Positions 1 through 10,021 of a DNA stretch of 64,000 nucleotides are shown here, piece by piece. The notes under the pieces were generated by a model that worked only from the letters and a program-made list of their open reading frames with translations, ran no database searches and was not told the origin of the DNA. The DNA is taken from IMG/VR virus record IMGVR_UViG_3300032053_011398. One strand, written 5' to 3'. This DNA comes from a virus. Each line of letters opens with the position of its first letter. Position 1 is the stretch's first letter. A program made the position numbers and the translations under genes.

Positions 1-267
1 CGCAGATTCCGCATCTGACCTAATTACGAGCTTGCCTCGCTGGATGCTCACTTCCAGATTTTTGGCCATTTTCCGCAATCTTGGCTCCATGTTCGCAATC
101 CTCTGCGCCAGGTCGGGCACCGGCTTGAAGCGGGCATCCCGGTTGAACCAGTTCATAAACCGTTCAACCACCGCATTCTGCTTTTGGGTCGTATTCGTAA
201 ACAAATTATCTTGGAGCGCACTCCGCACGGCGTCCGCGAACACACCCTCTTTATGGCCAATAATCAT
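1..267 (-). CDS. hypothetical protein, partial (runs off window start)
   Basis: Open frame MIIGHKEGVFADAVRSA...; its ATG overlaps the TGA of the upstream gene (ATGA coupling). Confidence 0.7.
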   Translation of the reverse strand, partial: MIIGHKEGVFADAVRSALQDNLFTNTTQKQNAVVERFMNWFNRDARFKPVPDLAQRIANMEPRLRKMAKNLEVSIQRGKLVIRSDAESA

Positions 268-905
268 GGCCAGTTATGGGGGATGTTGGCCGGGCCTGTG
301 GGTGCCGGGCCTGGCCAATCAGGCAGGGGCTTGGCCCCAGGCTGTTCAGCGGGCACGGGCGTTAAGAGGTCGATTGTAGGCCGGGCATCGCCATCGGGAG
401 CAATGGATGCTTCGCAGACCAAGCCCAACCAGACGTTGGTCTGCAACCAGTAGGTGCTGGGGTCCAGCACCACGTTGATAACCATGAGCCGGTAGCCGAT
501 GTAATAAATCAGGTCGCCGCGCAGAGGAAAATAGTCTAGGCGAACCGGGTCTATTTCACGCCCGTCGATCAGTGTGCCAGAAGGGTTTAGGTGGAGATTC
601 GCCAACCAAAATTTAAAGTGTTGCTTGGGGGTGAGGCCCAGCTTGGTCATAGCCCAGTTGGGCTTCTCGAACGTGACGATGGAGGGAATGTCCAGGGTGC
701 GCTTGAACACGGTGCGCTCCGTCATCGGCATGTGCCAGAGCGGATCAACGGCCTCCTCACTACGATCAACCTCGAAGAACTTCGGGTAGGGCCTGGGTGA
801 GCTGGTTCTCACGTATTCGGCGTGCATCTTCAGTGCTATTCCGACATCCGTTTTTTTCCAGAGTTCACTATCAAACAAAAATTCCTTGCGTTCAGCGTAT
901 CGCAC
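264..905 (-). CDS. putative neck/head-closure protein (T4 gp14-like)
   Basis: PLRGDLIYY motif resembling the gp14 PxxGDLIY motif; late-type GTATTTA motif just upstream. Confidence 0.55.
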   Translation of the reverse strand: MRYAERKEFLFDSELWKKTDVGIALKMHAEYVRTSSPRPYPKFFEVDRSEEAVDPLWHMPMTERTVFKRTLDIPSIVTFEKPNWAMTKLGLTPKQHFKFWLANLHLNPSGTLIDGREIDPVRLDYFPLRGDLIYYIGYRLMVINVVLDPSTYWLQTNVWLGLVCEASIAPDGDARPTIDLLTPVPAEQPGAKPLPDWPGPAPTGPANIPHNWP

Positions 906-977
906 AGCTTAAATACCGGCGTGAACTGCAAAAGGTGGAAGACAAAATACCTTGGAGTCATCGAAGCTCCGATCAGA

Positions 978-1625
978 ATGATGGGCAAAAACGTCCAATT
1001 TCAAATCACATGCCCGACATGCAAAGCGCCACGGTGGGCTTGGTGGCCGGTAATCTACTATTCCAGATCACTTATCTGCAAATCCTGCTTTAATAGCAGC
1101 AACAAATTGCCGCTTAATATCAAATGGAAAGGAAAGCTTACCCCTGTAGAAGTTCTTGGAACCAAATACGGCAGAACACTTTACAAATTCAAATGTGAGT
1201 GTGGCGGTGAAATATCAACAACCGCGCATCATTCGGTCAAAAGCTGCGGCTGTCTTAAAAAACGCCCAAGAATAACCAGGAGGAAATCCGACCAAGCAGT
1301 CGGTTTGACGCATTTCCGCCATGTTTACATCGGGTCTGCTAGAGCTAGAAACTTGGATTATACCCTATCTAGCGCACAATTCGATAAACTAATAAATAAT
1401 CCCTGCAACTACTGTGGTGAACCACCAGCCACGCGCTTATTCAACTTTCGCACCAGAACTATCGCTTTTACCTGCAATGGCATCGACCGCGTAAAAAATA
1501 CTGAAGGTTACACCCCGCAAAACACCGTATCCTGTTGCACTACGTGCAATCGGCTAAAAAGAGCGATGAGCCGCGATGACTTCTTGAGTCTTATCAAAAA
1601 GATTTGGCAGAAGTCGTGTAACTAG
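978..1625 (+). CDS. HNH-type homing endonuclease with Cys-rich Zn ribbons
   Basis: CECG..KSCGCL and CNYCG...NGIDRVKNTEGYTPQNTVSCCTTCN; AT-richer than flanks; start uncertain (921 or 978). Confidence 0.8.
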   Translation: MMGKNVQFQITCPTCKAPRWAWWPVIYYSRSLICKSCFNSSNKLPLNIKWKGKLTPVEVLGTKYGRTLYKFKCECGGEISTTAHHSVKSCGCLKKRPRITRRKSDQAVGLTHFRHVYIGSARARNLDYTLSSAQFDKLINNPCNYCGEPPATRLFNFRTRTIAFTCNGIDRVKNTEGYTPQNTVSCCTTCNRLKRAMSRDDFLSLIKKIWQKSCN

Positions 1626-1626
1626 C

Positions 1627-1932
1627 TTGGATATGGAACGACCTGTTGAACTGGCGCAATTGCTTGCGGAGCTGAAAGGTGAAAATCCCAGCTCTACCAT
1701 CATTATCCAGGACGACAGCCATCTTGTGGTGGTCATCGACGACATCGAAGCCCACTACGATTTCACTGGGCCGGAGGCCAAACTGCTCTTGGCGAACCGG
1801 GACACTGTGGAACGGCTGTTCGAGGCCCTGGGCTACCCGGAAGAGAGTTTTATCGAACTCCAAAACTTGACGATTGACGAGGAGATCATGGTTGAGCTTG
1901 AAAGCTACGCTTCAAACGTCGATGAAATGTAA
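1627..1932 (+). CDS. acidic hypothetical protein
   Basis: ORF with phage-like codon bias; GTAACTA motif upstream. Confidence 0.7.
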   Translation: MDMERPVELAQLLAELKGENPSSTIIIQDDSHLVVVIDDIEAHYDFTGPEAKLLLANRDTVERLFEALGYPEESFIELQNLTIDEEIMVELESYASNVDEM

Positions 1933-1940
1933 ACAATTTT

Positions 1941-3281
1941 GTGGCTCAATCTGGCAATACCAACCTGGAAGGCCGAACGGTCGTAGAAATCGAGCTAAGG
2001 CTGCCAAATAGCAAGATCATCCCGTTCAGCAAGATCAACGTCGTCCACAGTAAGTCCATCATCACGGAGGGCCTGAAGATGCCGAGCCAACACGAGCTGT
2101 GGGTTCAGGCCCCAACGACAGACTACGTGGATGGCCTGATCCGCTTCGCCCAGTCCCAGGGCACGCCGAAAATCCGTTACCGGATTGGCGTCGGACTGCC
2201 AGGCCAGATGGCCTACCTGCCCTGGCAAGACTCAATTATCACCAGCCTGGGCGCGGCCATCGACGGCGTAGGCAAAAGTGCCGGTCATTTTGTCCGGCTG
2301 AGCTTGTCGGATTATTTGTTTACAGTTACACGCCGGACGAAGGTCGTGACTCGAAAGGGAAAAATCAGCGCCATCGTGGCTCAGATTGCCGAAGAAAACG
2401 GCATCGCCAACACCGTCATCGAGGAAACCGTGGGCGAAGGCATGTGGATTCAAAGTTTTGTTGACGATTTCGACTTCATCCTGCATCGCATGGTGCCGCG
2501 TGCCATCAACGCCAAGGGCCGGGGCAACTACAGCATCTACGTCCAGGACAACACGCTTCATTTTCACTCACCGGACTACCATGCCGCGCTCAAGGAGCTG
2601 GTCTATTACCAGACCAACAACATTGGACTGACGCAATTGGACGAGAGCCAAAACCTGCTGGAAGCGGGCGCATCCGGCGTGCGCCTGGTCGTTTACGATC
2701 CCTATACCGGCCAGATGAAAGAAATCGCCTCCGATCCGGCCAAGGCTCTCAAGCTGGGCAACGTCATGCACTCGTTGGCCAACGTGAAGGGAGCCGACCT
2801 GAATTATCCATTCCATCTGAGCACGAACGCCCCTACGGAGGCCGAGAACATGGCACAGACCATGTATGAAAATGCGCGGGCGCAAATCCTGGGGATCAAA
2901 CTCGACGTGGCTCACTCTATTTTTCTGCGCGTCGGCGACATCGTGCGCATTATCATCAGCCCGTCCTCTGACAAGTCCACCGTTTGGTCTGGCACCTACC
3001 AGGTCACCAACGCCTGCTACATGATTGAGAGCGGGGCCATGTTGTCGTCGTTCATCGCCAAACGGGGCGAATTTCAAACCAGCAGCGCGGCGGCGACCTC
3101 GCTCCAGGTTCTTGGGGAAACAGTCATCATCAGCGACCAGGAAGCTCCGGGCCAGGCGCTCAACCTGAAAGCAATACAAAGCTCCGAGCTTGCGCACGGA
3201 GCTGGTCAATCTGCTTTTACTTCGGTATTCTCGACGACTCAGAGCAAGAGCGCAGCTCCGAATCCGACACCGACGTATTAA
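1941..3281 (+). CDS. putative baseplate hub / GpD-like tail protein
   Basis: GKISAIVAQIAEENG, WIQ..DDFDFI, IYVQDNTLHF and LRVGDIV..WSGTYQV segments typical of hub proteins. Confidence 0.6.
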   Translation: MAQSGNTNLEGRTVVEIELRLPNSKIIPFSKINVVHSKSIITEGLKMPSQHELWVQAPTTDYVDGLIRFAQSQGTPKIRYRIGVGLPGQMAYLPWQDSIITSLGAAIDGVGKSAGHFVRLSLSDYLFTVTRRTKVVTRKGKISAIVAQIAEENGIANTVIEETVGEGMWIQSFVDDFDFILHRMVPRAINAKGRGNYSIYVQDNTLHFHSPDYHAALKELVYYQTNNIGLTQLDESQNLLEAGASGVRLVVYDPYTGQMKEIASDPAKALKLGNVMHSLANVKGADLNYPFHLSTNAPTEAENMAQTMYENARAQILGIKLDVAHSIFLRVGDIVRIIISPSSDKSTVWSGTYQVTNACYMIESGAMLSSFIAKRGEFQTSSAAATSLQVLGETVIISDQEAPGQALNLKAIQSSELAHGAGQSAFTSVFSTTQSKSAAPNPTPTY

Positions 3282-3766
3282 ATGGTCGGGAATGGGGCGG
3301 GCACTACTACGCCTGGGCCTGCGTGGTAACTCTTGCTCCACAGGCTAGGGGCACCAAAGGGATCAGTGCGGCTCATTGCCATCTGCTCCCACTTCAGGCG
3401 GGAATCCAATTGGGCGCGAATCGCGCCCGCGCCGCCGACGCACTTGATCTCGATAAACGGAGCGTTAATGGTGAAATCCACGACGCGCGTGCCTAGAGGC
3501 GCGATGCCATATTGGGGGGTGATCGACGTTCTTGGATCGGCTGAGCCATCACCGTAGCTCTGCTGAACCTGGAAGAACAAAGTCGTGCCATTGGTGACGT
3601 TTTCAATGGTCAGGTGGACTTTGCTGTCCTCCAGGACATAACCCGCGTAGTTGGTTCCGAACGAGTAGTCGGCAACCCGCAATCGGCTGCCGACATAGCC
3701 CGAAACCATCGGGACTTGAACCCAAGTCGTTCTTACCATTGGTTCAGGATATGCGCCGGGTGTCAT
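3278..3766 (-). CDS. hypothetical protein (beta-rich, possibly virion)
   Basis: ORF tightly coupled to the upstream gene. Confidence 0.65.
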   Translation of the reverse strand: MTPGAYPEPMVRTTWVQVPMVSGYVGSRLRVADYSFGTNYAGYVLEDSKVHLTIENVTNGTTLFFQVQQSYGDGSADPRTSITPQYGIAPLGTRVVDFTINAPFIEIKCVGGAGAIRAQLDSRLKWEQMAMSRTDPFGAPSLWSKSYHAGPGVVVPAPFPTI

Positions 3767-3769
3767 AAA

Positions 3770-6430
3770 TTATTCAGCTCCGCTTGGAACGGGCATGGGA
3801 CGTTTGCCCGGTCGAAATTCTTCTTCACCCGCAAGTTTGTCCTCCTCGCCGCCTTCACCTGGCTCCAGCTCGCCTTCTTCGGGAATCTCCGGGGCCTCGC
3901 CGCCCTCAGCAGCTTCATCAGCTACCAGGTCAGCCAATAGGTCGCGGATTTCGCGCAAAAGGCTGACAGCCACGTTGTCCTGGGTGGACGCGCCAACCGC
4001 ACTGTCCGATACCGGTGGTTCCATCGGCATGTCGGCCCCGGATGGCGAGGGCATATCGCCCACATCACCCGCAGAGTCCAGCCCGCCCAGCTCGTCGCCC
4101 ATCTCGTCGCCCATCTCGACTACGAGCTTATAGGCGTTCTTTACGACTTTGATCTCTTGTAACGTCAGCAGCGTTTTCATGTTCGTCATACTATCTACTC
4201 CTTCAGTCTTGAGGAACCTGCGACCGAGAAATTGGCCCGGCGTAAGTCCTTTGATCTCGCCTGGAGCAGCCGCTTTCTTGGCAGGTTTCTCGGCAGCCTT
4301 GGCAGGCTTGATTGGGATTTTCTTTACTGGGGCAGCCGGAGGCAATTCGCGCCTGCGCTGTCCTGGCGGCGGCGGCGCGGGGGCCGGAGCCTTGGGGCCT
4401 TTGGGAGCTTGCGGGGCTTTCGGGGCGGCGGGCGCTTTGCCGTATTTGGCTTTGAGTTCCTGGGGCGAAGGCGGTGGTCTTATCCACGGTTCCATCGGTA
4501 TTCCAGTGAGTTCCGGGGGCATGACTGCGGCCAGTTTGCTGGCCAGCCGATTCTGGCGCTGAGGCGGCAACCCGATATTGCGGCGGGCTTTCGCAGCAGC
4601 AATCTTGGCGTCGCGCTCGCGGGCTGCGGCCATCTCCGCATCGAAATTGATCCAGCGTTTGGTAGCATGTTTGGTGAGCCTATCCAGGCGATCCGAAGGC
4701 CCCATGTCCTCCGGGAAACCGGACAGCAGGCCATAAATGAAATCCCGCGTGGCTAGAATATGTTTACAAAGTCCAGGTATGCCCTGCGGGTTGGTCTTTC
4801 TGGGGGCGCGGCTGATGCACTGGTTGAGTGAATTCTTGCCGATGGGGCCAGCCTTCTTCTGGTGGTTGGCCCAAGCCCAGCGGTAACGATAGTCCGGGCA
4901 GTTATGAACGGCAACGCCATGAACGATGAACGACTCGTCCTCCTCTACGGCCAAGTCGTAAACTTCACCAGTGTATTCGACTTTCTCTCGCTTGAGCAGG
5001 GTTTTCAACTGGCCTTCGTCGCGGACGTAATCGGCACAGTGAAAAACGCCGGAACCAGGTGAAAACTTGTCCTTTTCTCGGAGATGCGGCCAGAGCCATT
5101 TTCTAACTTCATCCGCTGAACCTCCTCCCGGCACTACAACTTGATAACTGCGCTGCTTGCTTGCTTTTGCCTCTGTGTGAATTGAAACAGAGTGTCTTAC
5201 CCCCAGGCGGCTCAGTATGCAGCTCATTTGGCTAGCCAGCGCAAAACTCGTAGAGATGTATTTCATTCCCCGGCTTGGATAAATCCAACCGTCGCCCAAC
5301 ATAGCACCGATAAAAACCTCTTTTAGCGCCGCGTTGTCAAACCCCATGATTTCCGGTGAAAATCGTTTTGAGTTCGATCCCCGGCCAACGTGCGCCAGGC
5401 ACTCGTCGCGTAGCTTGCGGCTGCGAATGATTACGGACAACCATTTTTGCTTTTTGTAGCTCCGATTTTTGATCTCTGCCGGGTAACCAAGCTTGGCACA
5501 CAATCCCAAAATATCAGCAGCAATAGTTTCTTTTTCGTTGGTATTGAGTGTAAGAAAAACGCAGGCGCTTCGCGCTGGAACATGACCCTCGGCGGCGTAA
5601 TAACCAAGGAGTCGGGCAAAAGCCAGGTCCACGCTGATTTTGCCCTCTTCTAACCAAGGCAGCAGGAACCACTCCTGCGGCCTGAAATCATCTACTTTAA
5701 TCCACTCGAAGTGCCCAGGATCATTTTCCAGGACTGTGCCTTTGGCCCAGTGCCCTTGCCGATATTTCTTGGACAAAATTAAGTTGGGGCTAAAGAGCCG
5801 ATTTGCGGTTTTAAACCCACCAGCACCATCCTCGAACAAAGATTGGCCGCACCCGCACAAACACTTTTCATTGCCGCGCAAAACATAAAACGGATGGTTG
5901 CCTGTAGCGATCAACTCGCCTAGAAATCCAACAACCTTAATTTTGTAAACATTCTCATCTTGTTTGACCAACCGTGGAACATTTCCAAGCACGCGCCTAA
6001 TTCTGCCCCGGTGCGTATAAACGGAATCACCCTTCTTGATTTCACGGATGGGTTTATAGGTGCCATCACCCAGCATAACCAAGGTTTCAGGCGCAAAGCA
6101 CATACAGTCAACTTCTACCGGAAGCTGGGAGAGCGGCGTATTTTTGCCCTTGTGCCCGCGTTTGGGCTTGAGGAATCGAACAAAGCCCCGGTGTCGCAGG
6201 CCGGTGGTCGAATGGCCGGGCGCGGACTTGGCATTAAAATAATAGGAAAAAACCCAGTGGTTGGCTGTCTGATACGCCTCGACTTCCATCGGAGGAATGC
6301 GGACGTAATGCGACCGAACGAACCGCTTCGGCTCGGACATCCGGTAAAGCTGGTCGTAGGTCAGGTATTCCTGGATCATTTCCAAGCTCTCGGCCACTTC
6401 CAGCAGTTTTTTGAATCGCATTCCGCGCAT
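3770..6430 (-). CDS. SWIM zinc-finger protein interrupted by an intein; Pro/Lys-rich and acidic C-terminus
   Basis: Spliced sequence VDCM|CPDY...GLCKHILA gives CxC..CxH. Confidence 0.8.
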   Translation of the reverse strand: MRGMRFKKLLEVAESLEMIQEYLTYDQLYRMSEPKRFVRSHYVRIPPMEVEAYQTANHWVFSYYFNAKSAPGHSTTGLRHRGFVRFLKPKRGHKGKNTPLSQLPVEVDCMCFAPETLVMLGDGTYKPIREIKKGDSVYTHRGRIRRVLGNVPRLVKQDENVYKIKVVGFLGELIATGNHPFYVLRGNEKCLCGCGQSLFEDGAGGFKTANRLFSPNLILSKKYRQGHWAKGTVLENDPGHFEWIKVDDFRPQEWFLLPWLEEGKISVDLAFARLLGYYAAEGHVPARSACVFLTLNTNEKETIAADILGLCAKLGYPAEIKNRSYKKQKWLSVIIRSRKLRDECLAHVGRGSNSKRFSPEIMGFDNAALKEVFIGAMLGDGWIYPSRGMKYISTSFALASQMSCILSRLGVRHSVSIHTEAKASKQRSYQVVVPGGGSADEVRKWLWPHLREKDKFSPGSGVFHCADYVRDEGQLKTLLKREKVEYTGEVYDLAVEEDESFIVHGVAVHNCPDYRYRWAWANHQKKAGPIGKNSLNQCISRAPRKTNPQGIPGLCKHILATRDFIYGLLSGFPEDMGPSDRLDRLTKHATKRWINFDAEMAAARERDAKIAAAKARRNIGLPPQRQNRLASKLAAVMPPELTGIPMEPWIRPPPSPQELKAKYGKAPAAPKAPQAPKGPKAPAPAPPPPGQRRRELPPAAPVKKIPIKPAKAAEKPAKKAAAPGEIKGLTPGQFLGRRFLKTEGVDSMTNMKTLLTLQEIKVVKNAYKLVVEMGDEMGDELGGLDSAGDVGDMPSPSGADMPMEPPVSDSAVGASTQDNVAVSLLREIRDLLADLVADEAAEGGEAPEIPEEGELEPGEGGEEDKLAGEEEFRPGKRPMPVPSGAE
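4901..6100 (-). mobile_element. 400-aa intein with LAGLIDADG endonuclease
   Basis: Starts CFAPETLV, TGNHPF block B, LLGYYAAEG and FIGAMLGDG, ends VAVHN followed by Cys. Confidence 0.95.
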
Positions 6431-6436
6431 ATCAAG

Positions 6437-6988
6437 TCATGGGCGGAGAGGACTCTTTTTGCCAGTCAGGTAGTCCATCTCCCCCGAAGAAAGGGCATCA
6501 GGGTGCTGCCATTTCGCCGCTATTTCCGTTTTTGACAGCCGCCTGGGCGACTGTTCGGGCTTTTCGCCATACACAACCTCCTTGGCCGGGGCGGGCTGAG
6601 GTGTGTCGAAGACGTTTTTGGCCCACAAAACGATGTCGCCAGGCATGAACTGCAAAAATGAGCGTAGCCGGTCCACATAGAGCGATGGAAGATTATTCCG
6701 GTATTGGGCGCTGATGACGGTCTTGTTGCCCTCGTGGTCGGTCATGCCGATAACCATGCCGTAATTAGTAACATATTCATTGACAGCAGTATCCGGGTGC
6801 TCGAAGACCATCGCAGGAAATGCCCGACCCGTGAAGGAAGACAGCGCCTTCAAGAGCGCGGCAAAGACATAGGTCTCGCCACGATCTTCAAAAAACAAGC
6901 CGCTGTTGGGAGTAATCCGAGGAATGTAGAATACTCCCCGTGATGACATCACGGGAGCCGGTTTTTTCTTTTTTCCACAGCCAAGCAC
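6437..6988 (-). CDS. hypothetical protein
   Basis: ORF between SWIM gene and divergent gp46; GTAATTA upstream. Confidence 0.7.
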   Translation of the reverse strand: MLGCGKKKKPAPVMSSRGVFYIPRITPNSGLFFEDRGETYVFAALLKALSSFTGRAFPAMVFEHPDTAVNEYVTNYGMVIGMTDHEGNKTVISAQYRNNLPSLYVDRLRSFLQFMPGDIVLWAKNVFDTPQPAPAKEVVYGEKPEQSPRRLSKTEIAAKWQHPDALSSGEMDYLTGKKSPLRP

Positions 6989-7012
6989 ACCCTAATTACG
7001 TTCTCTCTGGCA

Positions 7013-8962
7013 ATGACCGACCTTCGGATCAAGCGGATACGGATGCGGAACTGGACGACCGTGCAATCGGCGGACATCAGCTTTCCCGACAAGGGCTTAG
7101 TTTTGGTCATCGGCTCGAATCTGGCCTCGGACGGCAAATTCCAAAGCGTCGGCTCCGGCAAGACGTGCCTGGGCGAAGCCCTAAGCCGCACACTCACCGG
7201 CGTCGCCGGGCGCTTCACTGAACTGGGCCATTATGCCGGGGACACTGCCAGCGTGCCGAATATGCTGGTCAAAGTTGACGCCGAATTGCTCGGAAAGCCC
7301 TTGACCGTGGAGATGGGCTTCAAATGCCCGGAGCTGTCCAAGACCGGCGAGGGCCTGCGGTTCATCTACGACGGCAAAACTACCCAACGGGGGCACGTTG
7401 ACCAAACCCGCGAGGAACTGTCCAAAACGATCCGGGTCACGCCAGAACTCGCGGAATGGACAGTCTTTCTTGATGGCGACAAACTCAAGTTCAACCGGAT
7501 GTCCCAGCAGAACTCCGTGAACCTGCTGATGACGGCCTTGGCCCAGCCGCCCTGGACGGAATACTTCGGTCGGGCGACCAAGGCGCTTCAGACTGGCCAA
7601 AGGCAGGTCGCCGTGGCCAACCAGGCGCTCCAAAGCGCCAAACTGCGCCGGGAGGGCCTGGAAGAAGACCTAGCCGATGCCAAGCAGGATCACGCCGACG
7701 CGGCAAAGGAATACCAGCGCCAGGTCGAGGAACTGGAAGACCGGATCAAGGAGTTGAAGCGCCAAAATGTAAACGACCGCAACTCCGTGATTGCTGCCGA
7801 GGAAGCTATCGGCAAGCTCAGGAAGAAGATCAAGTTGCTGGAGGAGCAAAACGCCGCTGCCGCGCACCAGCTCGACATCCAGCGCCAGGAACTCCGCGAC
7901 AAGTTGGCCGTGCTCGACGTGGCATGGCAGCGAGCCGTGGAAACCCGGTCCTCCCGCGATGCCTATGAGCAGCAAGTGCAGGAACGGCTGCACGAGATGC
8001 AGAAGATACCTAAGACCTGCCCGACTTGTGGCAAACCCTGGGATAAAGCCCTCAGCGAGATCGAGATGAAAAAGGCCGAGGCCGCGCTCAATCAGGCGAC
8101 CCTAGACTACCAGGCATCCGACAGGGCTTATCTCGCCATCAAAACCAAACGCGATGGCGTCAAGACTTCGATAAAAGAAATCGAGGAGCAGATGGACGCC
8201 GAGACCCACCTGGACGACGCCAGAGAATTGGGAGAACAGGTCACCGGCAACGAGCGCGTGATCCGCAACGTGGGCGCTTGCATCCAGGCCCGCGAGGTCA
8301 AAATCGCGTCCCTGGGCAACGGCATTGACGCCAGTTTTGTAAACAAAAAATCTGCTGTGGTGCAAGAACGCCAGCGGGCGCTGGAGGCTGAGCAGAAAGC
8401 CATCGAGATGGCAGCCGCCGATCTGGCTGGGGAGGAGGAAGTTTTCAAGGTGCTCGCATACTGGCATCGTGCTTTCGGGCCGACTGGCATCCCTAACATG
8501 GTCTTGGCCGACGCTATCGCTCCCTTGAACCGCGTGGCCCAGCGCATCTCGAACATGATGACCGGAGGCACGCTCCAAGTCAGTTACTCGACCAAGCGCG
8601 AACTGGCCAGCGGCGACAATAAAGCCCAGCTCATTATCAAGGTCGAAAACCGAATCGGCAGCAAGCGCCTGGAAGGAAGCTCCAAGGGCGAGGCGGGCCT
8701 GACCAACCTCATCATCGCCGAGAACCTGTCAGAGATCGGTCAAGTCTCCAGCCGGGTGGGCTTTCGCTGGTATGACGAAATCACCAGCGGCCAGGATGCG
8801 GTCGTGCGCCGGAGCATCTTCTCTTACTTGAGGGAAGTGAGCCATCGTCTGGGCATTCTGATCTTCGTCGTCGATCACCACGTCGAAGCGGCCAGCTACG
8901 CGGATTTCGTGCTGATCGCTGAAAAGATCAAAGGCGAAGGCACGCGCTTTTTCTGGCGCTAA
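7013..8962 (+). CDS. SbcC/Rad50/T4 gp46-like recombination ATPase
   Basis: GSGKT Walker A, long coiled coil with CPTCG zinc hook, SSKGE signature, WYDE Walker B, DH switch. Confidence 0.9.
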   Translation: MTDLRIKRIRMRNWTTVQSADISFPDKGLVLVIGSNLASDGKFQSVGSGKTCLGEALSRTLTGVAGRFTELGHYAGDTASVPNMLVKVDAELLGKPLTVEMGFKCPELSKTGEGLRFIYDGKTTQRGHVDQTREELSKTIRVTPELAEWTVFLDGDKLKFNRMSQQNSVNLLMTALAQPPWTEYFGRATKALQTGQRQVAVANQALQSAKLRREGLEEDLADAKQDHADAAKEYQRQVEELEDRIKELKRQNVNDRNSVIAAEEAIGKLRKKIKLLEEQNAAAAHQLDIQRQELRDKLAVLDVAWQRAVETRSSRDAYEQQVQERLHEMQKIPKTCPTCGKPWDKALSEIEMKKAEAALNQATLDYQASDRAYLAIKTKRDGVKTSIKEIEEQMDAETHLDDARELGEQVTGNERVIRNVGACIQAREVKIASLGNGIDASFVNKKSAVVQERQRALEAEQKAIEMAAADLAGEEEVFKVLAYWHRAFGPTGIPNMVLADAIAPLNRVAQRISNMMTGGTLQVSYSTKRELASGDNKAQLIIKVENRIGSKRLEGSSKGEAGLTNLIIAENLSEIGQVSSRVGFRWYDEITSGQDAVVRRSIFSYLREVSHRLGILIFVVDHHVEAASYADFVLIAEKIKGEGTRFFWR

Positions 8963-9040
8963 GTGCAAGTGGACGAACTCGACATCCTGTTTTCTTTCAA
9001 GCTCCATTCACCAGCCGCCTGACACACCGTGAAACTGGTG

Positions 9041-10018
9041 CTACGTCAATGGCACCCACAGTGGCGTGGACGGCGGAATGGTAGTGGGCGTCCACACCGG
9101 CGAGAGCGAGAGCGGCGGAGCGGGGGGCGGCGGGGGCGGCGGGGGTGGGCTGAACCCCTGGTAGCTACGCTCGGAAATTAGTGACAATTGGCGAGTGTTA
9201 TACAGCGTGTCTTTCACGTCGTGCGCAAAAGCCTGGGCCTGCGTGCTATTCTTTTCAATCGTGCTGGTCGAAATCGAGAAGTTGTTGCCGTAGCCTGGAA
9301 CATGGACAAAAGTAAAATCGAAGTCCGCCGACGTGGGCAAATTGCAAGATCGGTCAGGACCGCGCAACCAGGGGCCATTCAACTTAACCTTTACGTCTTT
9401 CAAATAACCAGTGCAAACGATGCCCGGTCCAGTATCTTCCGTGAAGATCAGTTCCAATCTCAATGTCACCGGCGGATTGAAGTCGGATTTGGAATGGGAA
9501 GAGACATTGTAGGGCACATCGCTGTCCTGGCCCCGGCTGGCCAGATCATCGGTGCTGCCCCCAGGTTCATTTTTATTTTTATTTTTATCTTTATCTTTAT
9601 CTTTTGGGTCTGGTCTCCTCTCCGCCGCAGTGATGTCCATTTTCGTAGCCTGGCCAGACACGGAAATTGGCAGAACCATCGCGTGCAAGAGCGCGGCCAG
9701 TTCCAGCAGGGACTTGGCTCCCTTGGGGCAAAAATCTTTGTCGAAGGACTGGAGTTTGAAAGAAAAGGGGATGGTTAACGGGTTCGTCCACTTATATTGA
9801 TGAATACCATCCGGCATGACTGGGCTGTTGACCACCAAGTATTCGACGCTGCGGGCCAGCTCGATAGAGTCCGGCATGGCCGGAAAGTTGATCCCTGGGA
9901 AGGAGCTAAGACCGGCAAACGGATCGTAGCCCGTCGTCCGCCCCGTCTCCAACACAAACAGCCTGCCGCAATAAGGATAGCTGCTCTGGCGCAGGAGCGA
10001 TGTAGTCGGAGTAGCCAT
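9041..10018 (-). CDS. putative tail-tube-initiator/baseplate protein
   Basis: FPAMPDSI, TIPFSFKL, PPVTLRL..GYLKDVKV..GPW..LPTSADFDFTF; follows tape measure; poly-Pro tail. Confidence 0.55.
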   Translation of the reverse strand: MATPTTSLLRQSSYPYCGRLFVLETGRTTGYDPFAGLSSFPGINFPAMPDSIELARSVEYLVVNSPVMPDGIHQYKWTNPLTIPFSFKLQSFDKDFCPKGAKSLLELAALLHAMVLPISVSGQATKMDITAAERRPDPKDKDKDKNKNKNEPGGSTDDLASRGQDSDVPYNVSSHSKSDFNPPVTLRLELIFTEDTGPGIVCTGYLKDVKVKLNGPWLRGPDRSCNLPTSADFDFTFVHVPGYGNNFSISTSTIEKNSTQAQAFAHDVKDTLYNTRQLSLISERSYQGFSPPPPPPPPPAPPLSLSPVWTPTTIPPSTPLWVPLT

Positions 10019-10021
10019 AAA

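Noticed and set aside
9568-9604. TTTATT/TTTATC tandem repeat
   Set aside because: Encodes a low-complexity KDKDKDKNKNKN linker
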